A stretch of DNA of 64,000 bases, taken from the IMG/VR virus record IMGVR_UViG_3300030040_000144, positions 37,244 to 101,243 of that record. The stretch is one strand, 5' to 3'. This DNA comes from a virus. The position numbers and the translations under genes were made by a program. Numbering within the stretch: the stretch's first letter is position 1; the number at the start of each line of letters is the position of its first letter. The notes under the pieces were generated by a model. The model had not been told where the DNA came from, did no database searches, and was given only the letters and a program-made list of their open reading frames with translations. Positions 1 through 10,600 of this stretch are shown here, piece by piece.

Positions 1-3000
1 CGGCACAAGGTTCTACCGCCAACACTTACTGGTGGAATAATGAGCAGAGCAAGCTTGATAAGGTTACTTATCGCATACATGTACTGTTCCTTACACTGCA
101 CGCCGAGTTTGGCTGGAAGCCCGAAAAATCTAATTTTACCGACGAAGCCGCCGCCGCTTATCCGCTGTATCTTAACGGCGAGCAGATTCAGGGCGATGCT
201 GTGGCTACACTGTCTGAAGCTCAGAAAGAAAAGCTTGAAATAGACGTTCCCGATGGCTGGATAGACGGTAACGGCATGTATCATGGCCAGTTCTATACAC
301 CGCAGATAGGCGGAGCCAAGGCTACCAAGGTGGTAAACAAGATTAATTACGCATCACCCATGCAGTCGCATAAAATGGGAGCTACGCGTCTTTACAATGA
401 CGTGATGAAGGCGGTATGCAAGGACGAACTGCCCGACTGGATGACAAGCAACCCTGCCGCACGTTTCGCTGTTCATGAAGAAGGGTATTACTTCTTTAAC
501 CAGCCAGAAGGTGAGAAAGAACCGATATTCGTCGGGTTCGGCACGTTCGGCTCTGGTAAATGCGACAAGGCCACATGGGGCTACGATAAGAGCAAGATGT
601 TTGCCTTTGAAGGTTTAAACAACAACCTTCCGCTGTGCGACTTCCGTGTACCTGCCGACGAGGATGTTACTTATAACGTAGGCGACGAGTCGTGGGTGTA
701 TAACGGCATAAAGTCGTTTGAGTACTCGTTAGGCAAAACCAATGACGACGGAACGCCCGTGGCAAAGAACGATGCTCTTTTCCGCAGATACTGTAACTTT
801 ATCTACGCTCACGATGTGCGTATGCAGTACTTCCGTGGCGACCGTGCCGCATTCGACGCACGCTATGCCGATGTGTACGACCGTGCTACGGCGGTAGGCG
901 CTACAGATGCCGATACGCAGATGCTCGACGAAATGCAAACCACGAAATACTGGCTGCGCGATGGCGACGAAGCGTTTCATCTGCTGCGTTTTAACTACGT
1001 CACAGGTAAGTTTGTCGATGCGGGCACTTGGACCGATACCGACGGGTATAAAGCCGGAGTTCGAGACCTCTCTACAGACCCCGTAACAAAGGCGGCATAC
1101 GAGGCGTGGAAAGCCAGCGAGGACGTGGGAGACTATGAGAATCTGAACCTCCGCTTTCGTATGGCTATAGCTGCTTCGTTCAACGAGCACTGCGGTAAGT
1201 ATCTTAACAAGAAGAACCATCAGGTGCACTATAATCTTGTTAACTACCTTTTTGCCGGTACCGACAACTGCTCTAAGAACACTTACTACACCATCGGCAT
1301 CACAACGGGATTGTGCTGGCTCTATCAGGACGACCTCGACACTATCTTCAAGACCGACAACAACGGAAGGCAGACAAAGGTTTACTTCCTCTCGCGTTAC
1401 TTCGACGTGCAAGACACCGAGGCCGGACTGAAGAAGCAGAAAGATTATGAAGGTACGGCTTCGGCATTGTTCAATGTTATGGAAGCCGCGTGGGAAACGC
1501 TCGACCCTACCGCCTTACCTGCCAATATGCGTGAGGTGCTGACGGCAATGTGTACGCTTGTCGGAGCCAACGAGGAACTTGACGGACTGACGACAACGCA
1601 GCGACAAACGCCTTACGGATGTCTGCACAAGTATTTTTTCTCCACCCAGAAGTACTTTGCCGAGTCCGCATGGGCAGAGCAGCAGCGTATCCGTTACGAT
1701 TGGCCCGCATCGTGGGGCTATGAGAGCTATGGTAATCAGGCGCGTGGAGTGTTGGCGGTAACGCAAGGCATTGGCGACCAGCTTGAGAGCGAGGTGCAGT
1801 ACATGACGCGCCGTCTGGCTCTTGTGTGCTCTTATGCGGCATGGGGAGATTTCTCCAGCGGTGTGAACACGGGTTCTACCGGACTTGTGGATGCCAGCGC
1901 AGGCTTACAGTTTACGCCGGGCTCCGGCCGTACGGGAGGTGAATATACATTCGACCTTGTTCCTCATCAGTTCATTTACCCTTGCGGTGTGCGAGACCGT
2001 GCACTCATCAATCCGCACTTCCGCATGATACCGGGTCAACATTACACGTTTACGGTAAACCCTGCTTCCACTCCTATCCCCGGCGACTCGTCTGTGGGGC
2101 TTGCGGCTACAAACTACTACCGCTCTATAGGCAACGTGGGCAATATGGTGGTAGGTAATAACAACTTCACCATACAAGGCCGCCGCATGACTGAGTTTGT
2201 GGCAGAACCAAAGCCCGGCAGTAGCGCCTTTGCTCCGAAGCAGATAGACGTTGATGCGGCGAACCTTCAGAAGCTTTCGCTAAACGGCGTGAGCGCGTCG
2301 AGCGGCACGTTCAACCTCTCAAAAGCCACACGCCTGCAAACGCTCGATCTTCGCGGCACGCGGTACGGACAGGTGCGTATGCCGTCATCACCGCAGCTTA
2401 CGGTAGCCCGCTTCGGTGCCGAGCTTTCACAGCTTGAGGTTCGCGATATGCCGCAGCTTACCACCCTTACGCTCGACGGCTACAGCCGCCTTACGCAGCT
2501 TACGGTACTGAGGTGCGGATCCAGTACTCTGCCGTTAGTGCGCGGATGTAGCGATGCCGCCGCCCGGCTCAGTACGCTGCGCATTGATGCCGTGGCGTGG
2601 ATTGATGTAGCTCCTGCCGTGTTGTCGTACCTTGCATCAGTACCTACGTGCGACATTCAGGGACGGATAGCTGTGACCGACGGACAGAATGTTGACGCAA
2701 CGCTTAAACTGGCACTGCTGCGCAAGTTTGGCGATATAGACTCTGAGAGTAATGCGCTCTATGTTACATACTCGCTGCGAAGCGTTACAGGACTGAACAT
2801 CACGACTCAGCGTTTTGTGATAGCAGAAGCGGGTGACTACCCTTATCAATGCTCTGTTTTGCCTTCAATGGCCAACAACTTTACAGACTTGCGGTGGTCG
2901 GTGTCTGACAACGATTTCAATGTTACGGTAGATCCTCTTACCGGCGTGCTGCACGCTCCGGCCGTAGGTGAGGAAAGCAACAACCCTACCGCTACGCTTA

Positions 3001-4250
3001 CCGTTACTGCCACGCTTATAGGCGGGAAAACCATTGCCGCTACGGTAGAACTGAAGCTTTTTAACCGCATCCCCAAACTGGGAGACTGGGCTTATTATAA
3101 TGGTGAGTTCGACTCTGTGCTTTACCCCGGCAAGAGGGTGATAGGATGGGTTTACAAGGTAACTCCGTATGCCGACCTTCCTACCGAGGTGCTTAACGAG
3201 TATCTGAAGAACGAAAAGATTTCAGCGCAGTACACCGTCGGAAAAACCATGTACGAGGTACTGATAGAAAACACCGAAGAAATTACCATCACCTCGTCTG
3301 ATAACGCCAATTCGTTCCGCGAACTTCCCTGGGGAATCTATCCGCAAGACACGGGCGAAGAAGGCTTTACGTCTGATGAGTGCAAGCCTATTGCCGAAGC
3401 TCTCTCCATATCGGAGATGGACCTTAAAAACATACCTGCGCTTAAAGACTGTACGCGCCGAGGTATGTACGATGAAGAAGGCAATGAAACCGCATATATA
3501 AAAGACGCTCACGCATACGATGACAGTCAGCCCGACGGTTTTAAAGTGTATGCAGCAAACGAAGCGCCGTCGCAGTGGAACGGACTGAAAGATACCGCGT
3601 CTATAGTGGCGCACGCCAACAACATTCTGGAACACTATGTGGGTGAAGGATTGCTTACCGACAGTGAAGGCCATACCATATTTGACTATCTGCCCGCAGG
3701 CCGCACGCACATATTACCACGTAACAACAAGGAACTGGCCGATCTGTGCGTAGCGTTAGGAAACATAGGCGGTCACGACCGCTGGCGGCAGTTGGCATAT
3801 CCCGCGGCATACTCGTGTATGTTATACGAACCCGAACTGAACGGCAAGCCAATAGAAGGTTTGTCCGAATGGTTCTCCCAAGGTCATTGGTACTTGTATG
3901 GCAGTGGCGATATGGTACGTCTATATATATTTTTCCGTAACAGCCGTGCACTTGCGCCTGCCGATGCCGGTACGCCTACTGCCGAGTTCTCTGATGAGGA
4001 TAACCCTTTGCGCCCCTTAGAGCCTACCGATGCCCGCCGCCCATGCTATGCCAACCTACAGAAGCGCGCGCAGACAGCAGGTCTTAGTTGTCCCGTCAGC
4101 AATCCTGCGCAGACTAACCGCTGGAGCAGCACTGAGTTCAGCAGCTACTACAGCTGGAACAGTAACTTCAGCAGCGGCAACATCTACGGCAACCACAAGT
4201 ACTACAGGTTTAGAGTCCGTCCCGTCGTCGCTTTTCCCTTTATTCTTTAG
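1..4250 (+). CDS. DGR target protein, 5'-partial. The frame is open back to the window start, and the track ORF 201..4250 begins at an internal GTG. A large tail or surface protein with leucine-rich-repeat-like central segments and a C-terminal variable region.
   Basis: No stop in frame from nt 3 to 4250. LxxLxL-type repeats occur around aa 700-800 (LQKLSLNG, LQTLDLRG, LTTLTLDG). The last ~45 aa (NRWSSTEFSSYYSWNSNFSSGNIYGNHKYYRFRVRPVV) are a diverged copy of the TR-encoded peptide 0.95 kb downstream. Confidence 0.8.
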   Translation, partial: AQGSTANTYWWNNEQSKLDKVTYRIHVLFLTLHAEFGWKPEKSNFTDEAAAAYPLYLNGEQIQGDAVATLSEAQKEKLEIDVPDGWIDGNGMYHGQFYTPQIGGAKATKVVNKINYASPMQSHKMGATRLYNDVMKAVCKDELPDWMTSNPAARFAVHEEGYYFFNQPEGEKEPIFVGFGTFGSGKCDKATWGYDKSKMFAFEGLNNNLPLCDFRVPADEDVTYNVGDESWVYNGIKSFEYSLGKTNDDGTPVAKNDALFRRYCNFIYAHDVRMQYFRGDRAAFDARYADVYDRATAVGATDADTQMLDEMQTTKYWLRDGDEAFHLLRFNYVTGKFVDAGTWTDTDGYKAGVRDLSTDPVTKAAYEAWKASEDVGDYENLNLRFRMAIAASFNEHCGKYLNKKNHQVHYNLVNYLFAGTDNCSKNTYYTIGITTGLCWLYQDDLDTIFKTDNNGRQTKVYFLSRYFDVQDTEAGLKKQKDYEGTASALFNVMEAAWETLDPTALPANMREVLTAMCTLVGANEELDGLTTTQRQTPYGCLHKYFFSTQKYFAESAWAEQQRIRYDWPASWGYESYGNQARGVLAVTQGIGDQLESEVQYMTRRLALVCSYAAWGDFSSGVNTGSTGLVDASAGLQFTPGSGRTGGEYTFDLVPHQFIYPCGVRDRALINPHFRMIPGQHYTFTVNPASTPIPGDSSVGLAATNYYRSIGNVGNMVVGNNNFTIQGRRMTEFVAEPKPGSSAFAPKQIDVDAANLQKLSLNGVSASSGTFNLSKATRLQTLDLRGTRYGQVRMPSSPQLTVARFGAELSQLEVRDMPQLTTLTLDGYSRLTQLTVLRCGSSTLPLVRGCSDAAARLSTLRIDAVAWIDVAPAVLSYLASVPTCDIQGRIAVTDGQNVDATLKLALLRKFGDIDSESNALYVTYSLRSVTGLNITTQRFVIAEAGDYPYQCSVLPSMANNFTDLRWSVSDNDFNVTVDPLTGVLHAPAVGEESNNPTATLTVTATLIGGKTIAATVELKLFNRIPKLGDWAYYNGEFDSVLYPGKRVIGWVYKVTPYADLPTEVLNEYLKNEKISAQYTVGKTMYEVLIENTEEITITSSDNANSFRELPWGIYPQDTGEEGFTSDECKPIAEALSISEMDLKNIPALKDCTRRGMYDEEGNETAYIKDAHAYDDSQPDGFKVYAANEAPSQWNGLKDTASIVAHANNILEHYVGEGLLTDSEGHTIFDYLPAGRTHILPRNNKELADLCVALGNIGGHDRWRQLAYPAAYSCMLYEPELNGKPIEGLSEWFSQGHWYLYGSGDMVRLYIFFRNSRALAPADAGTPTAEFSDEDNPLRPLEPTDARRPCYANLQKRAQTAGLSCPVSNPAQTNRWSSTEFSSYYSWNSNFSSGNIYGNHKYYRFRVRPVVAFPFIL
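4107..4233 (+). repeat. DGR variable repeat (VR), 127 bp, at the 3' end of the target gene
   Basis: 116/127 nt identical to 5055-5181. All 11 mismatches sit where the downstream copy has A (A->C, T, T, T, T, G, T, G, G, C, T). The 3' ~40 nt (IMH-like, GC-rich ...gtccgtcccgtcgtcgct) are identical. Confidence 0.9.
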
Positions 4251-4265
4251 CCTTTTGGCGCACTC

Positions 4266-4285
4266 GGCTCGCCTTTTAGCGAGCC
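4266..4285 (+). promoter_or_regulatory. GC hairpin about 30 nt downstream of the VR, a candidate DGR homing-enhancing hairpin or cruciform
   Basis: ggctcgc-cttttа-gcgagcc: a perfect 7-bp stem with a 6-nt loop directly 3' of the VR and stop codon, the position known for DGR VR-flanking hairpins. Confidence 0.45.
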
Positions 4286-4325
4286 GCACATCACGCAAAA
4301 ACACGCATTTTTCAGTGTTTGCAAT

Positions 4326-4356
4326 AAAAAAGTACGGCGTAACCGTACTTTTTTAT
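4326..4356 (+). terminator. Rho-independent terminator after the target gene
   Basis: gtacgg-cgtaa-ccgtac stem followed by a TTTTTTATTTT run. Confidence 0.5.
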
Positions 4357-4469
4357 TTTATTTTATTATCTTTGTGTCTGTTTTAACGGATAAAAAACCC
4401 TCACGGTTTTATCCGGCAAGCTAAATTACAACACAAATTACACACAAAACACACTACGACTAAACGTAA

Positions 4470-4910
4470 ATGTCAACAAAACAATACGTCAACATAACAC
4501 AGCAGCAAATAGATAAAAGCCGCCAGTTAAAGAAAGAGAAAGTCAGGACTATTCACCAGCAGCAGGTTTTTCGTGATGCGCAGAACATATACTATGTTCT
4601 GGCGCAAGTGCGTAAAACATGCCCGGTAAAATACCGTGCAGTTATAGAACCTCTATATACGGAATGCGCAGCTCTGCTGGTAAACTTGTCTATAGCTTAT
4701 GCCGACCCCGTAGCGCGAATACCGCAGCTTACCGTAGCCGCCGCGCACACCGACGCCATAAAGACCGTTATTGGCATTATGCGTTCGTTAGGCTGCATAA
4801 GTAATGACGACTTCAAGAAAATCAAGACACTCGTCGCTTCTTGCGCCTCGCAGGTTTTAGCCTGGCGAGCATCGTCAGTGGTCAGAGTAACACAAGGTAA
4901 TGACCAATAA
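4470..4910 (+). CDS. avd: Accessory variability determinant (Avd)-like small basic protein
   Basis: 146-aa basic, helical-looking ORF located between the target gene and the TR/RT, the canonical avd position. No other match is recognisable from sequence alone. Confidence 0.55.
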   Translation: MSTKQYVNITQQQIDKSRQLKKEKVRTIHQQQVFRDAQNIYYVLAQVRKTCPVKYRAVIEPLYTECAALLVNLSIAYADPVARIPQLTVAAAHTDAIKTVIGIMRSLGCISNDDFKKIKTLVASCASQVLAWRASSVVRVTQGNDQ

Positions 4911-4922
4911 ATCAGATAGGTT

Positions 4923-6401
4923 ATGAATTGTGTTAGCGCACCACAGGAAGTTTTAAAAGGGAGGCTTACCTACATAGATGCGTACCCTACGGCGTTCCCC
5001 GCATACGGATACGGCAACTATGCTGGTTACGAAGATGCAATGCCTCAATCAGATGCGCAGACTAACCGATGGAGCAGCACTGAGAACAGCAGCAACAACA
5101 GCTGGAACAGTAACTTCAACAGCGGCAACATCAACAACAACAACAAGTACAACAGGTTTAGAGTCCGTCCCGTCGTCGCTTATGATACTCCTATAGACTT
5201 TCTCGATCTAGTACTGGAGGCTTTTTATGACTGCTGTCGTCGTAAGCGTACCAGTCAAGCGTGCATAGACTATATGCAGATAGCCAACGAAGACCTGCCC
5301 GCATTGGCGCACGAGCTGTACACCGGCACATACCAGCCTGGTGTGAGCACGTGTTTTTTGGTAAAATATCCTAAATATAGAGAGGTGTTCGCGGCTTGTT
5401 TTCGTGACAGAATCGTACATCATTTTTTATTCATTATACTCAATCCTCACTTTGAAGAAAGATTTACAAAACAAGGTAACGTGTCGTTCAATTGCCGTAA
5501 AGGTTTCGGAACACTTGCTGCGCAGCGTGCGGTAGCTAAAGCCATGCGCGAAGCAACCGACGGTTATCGCAAAAAAGCATGGATATACCGCGGCGATATA
5601 GTATCGTTCTTCATGTCTATAGACAAGCGCATCCTATGGCGCAAGCTGGAGCCGTTCATCAACACTCATTATAACGGTCCGTACCTGGCGCAGGTAATAG
5701 CTGTGGCCCGTGTAACGGTATTCCATTGCCCCGAACATAACTGCGTGTTCAATACCGACCCCGCCGAATGGAAAGACCACATAGAGACCCTGAAATCACT
5801 CTTTGGCAATACAGACCACTTCGGTATGCCTATAGGCAATCTTACCACGCAACTTTTTGTGAACTTCTTTATGTCGTTCTTCGATGAGTTTGTCATCGCG
5901 TGGTTCAGTGCCCGCGGCTATCGTGTGTACTACGTGCGTTTTGTCGATGACTTCATAGTGATATGCGTAAGCCGTACCGTGCTCAAGGTATTCGTAAAGA
6001 GCGCGCGCGTGTTCATGTATGCCGAACTCGGCATAGAGCTGCATACAGACAAGTACCACTTCCAGCCCGCCTCGCACGGGGTAATGTTTGTGGGAGCCTA
6101 TATAAAGTTCGGCCGCATATATCTGTCTAACCGTACACTGGCACGTTTTACCGAGCGCGTTTACGGTTTCAATGAATTGCTCAATAATAAAGACCAAATC
6201 ACCATAACCGACCTTTGCCGCATAGAGCAGGTAGTGAACTCCTATTTAGGCTTTTGCCGCGACAAGCGCACCTACAGCATCCGCCGCGCCATACTGTTTA
6301 CGTTCTGCCGTGCCTTTTATGAGTACTTCTACATTAAAGGCCACTATGACGGCATCCGCCTTCGCACCGCACATAAACCTATAAAAACCACCGCATCATG
6401 A
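4923..6401 (+). CDS. DGR-type reverse transcriptase. The functional start is probably downstream of the TR, around 5185-5275; the track ORF start at 4923 includes the TR in frame.
   Basis: RT motifs are present: YVRFVDDFIVI (YxDD box, ~nt 5931-5960) and IGNLTTQLF (DGR-RT-specific [I/L]GxxxSQ-like motif). The gene is about 400 aa after the TR and sits directly 3' of the TR. Confidence 0.9.
   Translation: MNCVSAPQEVLKGRLTYIDAYPTAFPAYGYGNYAGYEDAMPQSDAQTNRWSSTENSSNNSWNSNFNSGNINNNNKYNRFRVRPVVAYDTPIDFLDLVLEAFYDCCRRKRTSQACIDYMQIANEDLPALAHELYTGTYQPGVSTCFLVKYPKYREVFAACFRDRIVHHFLFIILNPHFEERFTKQGNVSFNCRKGFGTLAAQRAVAKAMREATDGYRKKAWIYRGDIVSFFMSIDKRILWRKLEPFINTHYNGPYLAQVIAVARVTVFHCPEHNCVFNTDPAEWKDHIETLKSLFGNTDHFGMPIGNLTTQLFVNFFMSFFDEFVIAWFSARGYRVYYVRFVDDFIVICVSRTVLKVFVKSARVFMYAELGIELHTDKYHFQPASHGVMFVGAYIKFGRIYLSNRTLARFTERVYGFNELLNNKDQITITDLCRIEQVVNSYLGFCRDKRTYSIRRAILFTFCRAFYEYFYIKGHYDGIRLRTAHKPIKTTAS
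5055..5181 (+). repeat. DGR template repeat (TR), 127 bp
   Basis: The invariant partner of the VR. Adenine-rich, with many AAC codons in the VR reading frame (encodes ...NSSNNSWNSNFNSGNINNNNKYN...). It lies immediately upstream of, or within the 5' extension of, the RT ORF. Confidence 0.9.
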
Positions 6402-6865
6402 ACACAACCATCACACACACCGATGCCCTTGAGCGTATACCTACCGCCATAGTACGCTCTTACACCCGTGGCAAAGAGATTCTGACACTAAACCTCGCTC
6501 CCAAAGCGTACGATACGGAGACGGGCGAACACCTTTACCGCTGCACTACTCTTTCGATAGTACACGCTGGTCGCCTTACCGCACCGCAGGTACTCGGCAC
6601 GGTGTATAGCAACGGGCTTTTCGACGGCATTACACCCGATTTCCTGAAAACTCTGACACGCATGTACTCCGTTCCCGACTATGATACTCTGGCGGCACAC
6701 CTCATAGCCGCACGCTATACCTATGCCGAAGAGTTGGCGGTACACCGCAAGGCACTGATGGGCGATACCGCGCCGATAACTGAACTTACGGCGTGGGCAG
6801 ACCGCTGCAAGGCCATGGCGGCAGCCGCATTCAGCAAAACCGAAACCGACGGGAAGCAATCATGA
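6398..6865 (+). CDS. Hypothetical protein, translationally coupled to the RT (ATGA overlap)
   Basis: ORF of 155 aa with a start overlapping the RT stop. No recognisable motif. Confidence 0.45.
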   Translation: MNTTITHTDALERIPTAIVRSYTRGKEILTLNLAPKAYDTETGEHLYRCTTLSIVHAGRLTAPQVLGTVYSNGLFDGITPDFLKTLTRMYSVPDYDTLAAHLIAARYTYAEELAVHRKALMGDTAPITELTAWADRCKAMAAAAFSKTETDGKQS

Positions 6866-7191
6866 AGGTAGTCCACGCAATATCAGAGCAGGAGCGCACC
6901 GCAGGCTGCACGCTATACCTTTTGCAGCAAGGCATATTCTATCACGCCTTCGGCCGATGCGCCGCGTTTATGCGTGCCGTTACCGGCTACCGTGTGCGCA
7001 CCGTACGGCTGGGTAAAGGCTTTACTGACCAATTGGGAATACCGTGCGCCGCCATAGACTGCGCTCTGCATAAGGTTGAAAAGAAGTACCCTGATGTTAC
7101 CGTATGCCGCACGCCCGGCACACCGCATTACACGCTAACACTGCCGCCGCACGTAGCCGCCGAGATTCTGTACGAAGCCGCCACCACATAG
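6862..7191 (+). CDS. Hypothetical protein
   Basis: ATG at 6862 overlaps the previous stop (ATGA). 109 aa. No motif recognised. Confidence 0.4.
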   Translation: MKVVHAISEQERTAGCTLYLLQQGIFYHAFGRCAAFMRAVTGYRVRTVRLGKGFTDQLGIPCAAIDCALHKVEKKYPDVTVCRTPGTPHYTLTLPPHVAAEILYEAATT

Positions 7192-7300
7192 CCACATACG
7201 TTTTATTATTTCCGCCCTGCGCACACACCGATGTCCGCACCGCGCCATACCATAGTTCTATCTTTGTTTAGTAAGTTAAACCAAGATAGAACTATTTTTT

Positions 7301-7609
7301 ATGACAGAACATGACTACTCCGTGTCGGGTTACAGCATCTCTGTAAACAACCTGCACATTTACCGCTCTTACCGTTACAAGGCAAGCCAAATGCAGAGTT
7401 TCCTTGAAATGGCGCACATAAACTATCCGCACTCTAACGTCTGGATTCGCGATTACCGTTCGCTCAAGGTCGAATGGATGGTACACAACGCCCTGTATCG
7501 CCTGCACATACTGCGCAGCCGCACCGCCGATGTCGATCTTAACTACCCCAACCATTTTGAGTGGGCATACATCATGCTGGCACCGCTGGCACGTTTAATC
7601 ATTAAATAA
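7301..7609 (+). CDS. Hypothetical protein
   Basis: 102-aa ORF immediately upstream of the large tail-fibre-like gene. Confidence 0.35.
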   Translation: MTEHDYSVSGYSISVNNLHIYRSYRYKASQMQSFLEMAHINYPHSNVWIRDYRSLKVEWMVHNALYRLHILRSRTADVDLNYPNHFEWAYIMLAPLARLIIK

Positions 7610-7620
7610 CCCCCTGCCGT

Positions 7621-10600
7621 ATGATGACCGAAGCCACCACCAAAGACTATTGGATTTCGCCCCAGGCGCTGCGCCTTGAGCCTAACGCGTTGGGCAACCC
7701 CGACTATCTGCAAGCCTCGTGCACCGCCGGAGCGCAGATACTGGTTTACGTAAAAGACATCATAGGCTACGATGCAGGACACAACTACCGCCGATGGCCG
7801 CTGCAAGCCTCGCCCACTGTATTTAACACCCATACCATCAAGTACGTGTACGCCGCCATACCGCGCACTACTGATGCCGGACGCACCGCCCAGATAGTGT
7901 TCCCCTCAGAGCGCATAGACATATACGGTCTGAATGAAGCGGAAGAACAGAAGGGCAACCCTGACTACTACTACATATTCCTTCAGGGAATACTAACCGC
8001 ATCGGGCGATAACGGCACCACCAAGCGCACGTGGCAGCAGCGTGTAGCCACGGGCTACCTGTCGTCGGACGAAGCGGTGAATGCCGGACCGTCTGACACC
8101 GAGTGGTATCAATACAGCACCGTAGATGGCATAGTGACGTTCCTGAAGAACCTCGCCATGAAAGCCGGAACGGAGTTCGTGCAGCTGTTTGCCCGTACGC
8201 TTACCATCGTTTCGGGCGGACGGATAGAGTTTGAAGGACAAGACGGAGGCGTAACCGGGATGGCCGATGCCACCACCCCCGAAACCGCCGCCGACAAGAT
8301 AGTGACACCGCAGTACATGGACGACAACGCCCTGTCAAAGCGACACGATGACGAGACCCCGTACAGCCTGGGAGCGAAAGACCTTGTGGCACGTCGCGAC
8401 CTCGACGTGTTCGGCAACACACGCCTTCACGGGCCGCTTACCGTAGGGCAGTACAATAAGGGAGTGGAAGGAGCGCACGTAGATTTTTACGGCAATGCCG
8501 AGTTTGAAAGCATAGTGAGCCGCAGCTTCATCGAGTCGCCCGAACTGCGCTATAACCGCACCACCATTACCGTGGGCAATAAGTGGCAGACCAAGGGTGC
8601 CGGAATCATAGAGCACGTGTGGAACAACGCCAACCTCGACGGTTCTCCTCTAAGTGCCAACACTCGCGGCGTGGCGTGCCTCAAGCTTGAGCCGGGCGAA
8701 GCCGGAGCTATAGCTGTAGACGACAAGTGCCAAGGCGTGTTCCATATAGACGGAGCCAAGAACGATCCATCCACCACCGACTCGCGCGACGGAAATTTCC
8801 ATTTCGCCGGCTTTACCACCATATACTTCGTCATTACCGAGATATACACTGCCGATACGTTGCCGCAGTACATAAAAGACCGGCTCAGTCCCACCGATAC
8901 CGTAGGGCAGAACCAATACTTCGCGTACGAACTTAGAGCCGCCACATGCGCCGCGTTACCACCCGAAAACCGCGATTACTGGACCGATGCCACGCATCCG
9001 CAGCCCGGTATGCACTTTGCCGCATACGCCAACGCCACCAATGCCGACCGTCAGGCTTCGCGCCTTACCACCACCACATACCAGCTGCATTTGGCAGGTA
9101 TGACGGGCTGGACCTACACCGAAGCCAACATGCGCCTCATTATAGGATGGCTCACGGGATTTTCTTTCCTTCAGCGCGTATGGGACAACACCAAGGGCGA
9201 GTTCGTTGAAGTAACCAAAGAACTGAACGGCGAAGGCATAGCCACGGGCAACATTTACATGTGGGGCAGCATAGACCAGTTCGACCGCGTGCCGCAGCTT
9301 GTGGCGCAGCAACCCTACTACAAGAGCACGGAGACCGCCGACCCTCCCGAGGGAATCATACTGAGCACCGACGGTACGCCACATTACGAGCTTAACGGCT
9401 GGAGCGCCGATGCCATAACGCCTACCGCCACCGCAAGAATAGTGTGGCAGCAGTGGCTTTACACCTACAGCGATGGCACTTACCGTACCGGGCAGGTAGC
9501 GTTTCATGCCGCCCACCCCACGGCACTAACAGTACTGCCAAGCCAGAGCATAGTGAGCGTGGCACTGAGCGACTGGTACGACACTGCGCACCCCGACGAC
9601 ATCGAGATAAACCTCAGCGCACGCCTCATGGCAGGCAGTGAGCCCGTGGCCATAACCGAAGCCACTGCGCAGTATGCCGACGGTAACTCCGGCTCCGGTG
9701 CAACCATAGACACTGCCGGAAGCTCCATCACCATCAGCGATGACGGCACTACCGCACAGTTCCGTCTCAAAATAAAGGGTTACGTTGGTGTAACGGTAGA
9801 CGGCACCACCCCCGAAGATTCCTACATAACGCTAACGCTTACCTCCGCCGTGGGTACAGCAAGCGGCATGGTAGCCATAGCGCAGAACCGCGAGGGCGAG
9901 CAGGGAAAACCCGGCGAGCAGGGAAAACCCGGAGCAGCGGGCATTACCGTGCGCCGCACGGAGTGGGAAGAAGGCGTGCAGTACCGCAACGACTCTTCCG
10001 CCGCTACCGCCGCTCCCGACGGGCAACGCTATCTTGACGAGGTATCAGTAACCAGTCTCGCCACCGGAACGGCGCAATGGTACGTGGCGCGCCCCACGCA
10101 TAACGGAATGACTTCTTCGGCAGCCAACAAGCCGTCCACCGCAGCCGGAAACGACTGGTGGGAACCCGTGAACGACATGCGCCCATTGCGCACCTCGTTT
10201 GCCGACATCATGACCGCCTTCATAAAGTTTCTCCAGGTAAACCAGATACAGATAACCGACGACGACGGCACTCCTTACGGAGCCTTCGGAGGCGGCACGG
10301 ATATGGAATACCCGTTGTGGTTCGGGGGAAAGACTTATGCCGATGCCGTAACCAAGTTCAACCGTCAGGGCGACGCATGGATAGGCAAGAACTTCAGCGT
10401 GGTAAACGGAGCCGTGACGTGCGATGCCGGAGAGTTCAACAACGTAAAGGTGAAAGGAGATTCCGAGTTCTCCGGAACACTGAAAGGTGTTTCCGGCTCG
10501 TTTAGAAAACTGAACTGCGTAAACGACAACGGCGAGTCTGTAGGAGGTATCTCGTTCGGTTCTACAGGGAGGATGTATTTCTCTGGCGACCTGCTTAGTC

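Noticed and set aside
729-1412. 227-aa minus-strand ORF inside the DGR target gene
   Set aside because: Fully embedded antisense to a long, clearly coding + strand ORF; no start context or motifs. Judged a shadow ORF.
4030-5196. ORFs 4030-4386, 4056-4304 and 4978-5196, with Thr/Ala-rich translations
   Set aside because: They are alternate-frame readings of the VR and TR repeats, and their low-complexity translation mirrors repeat composition. Not independent genes.
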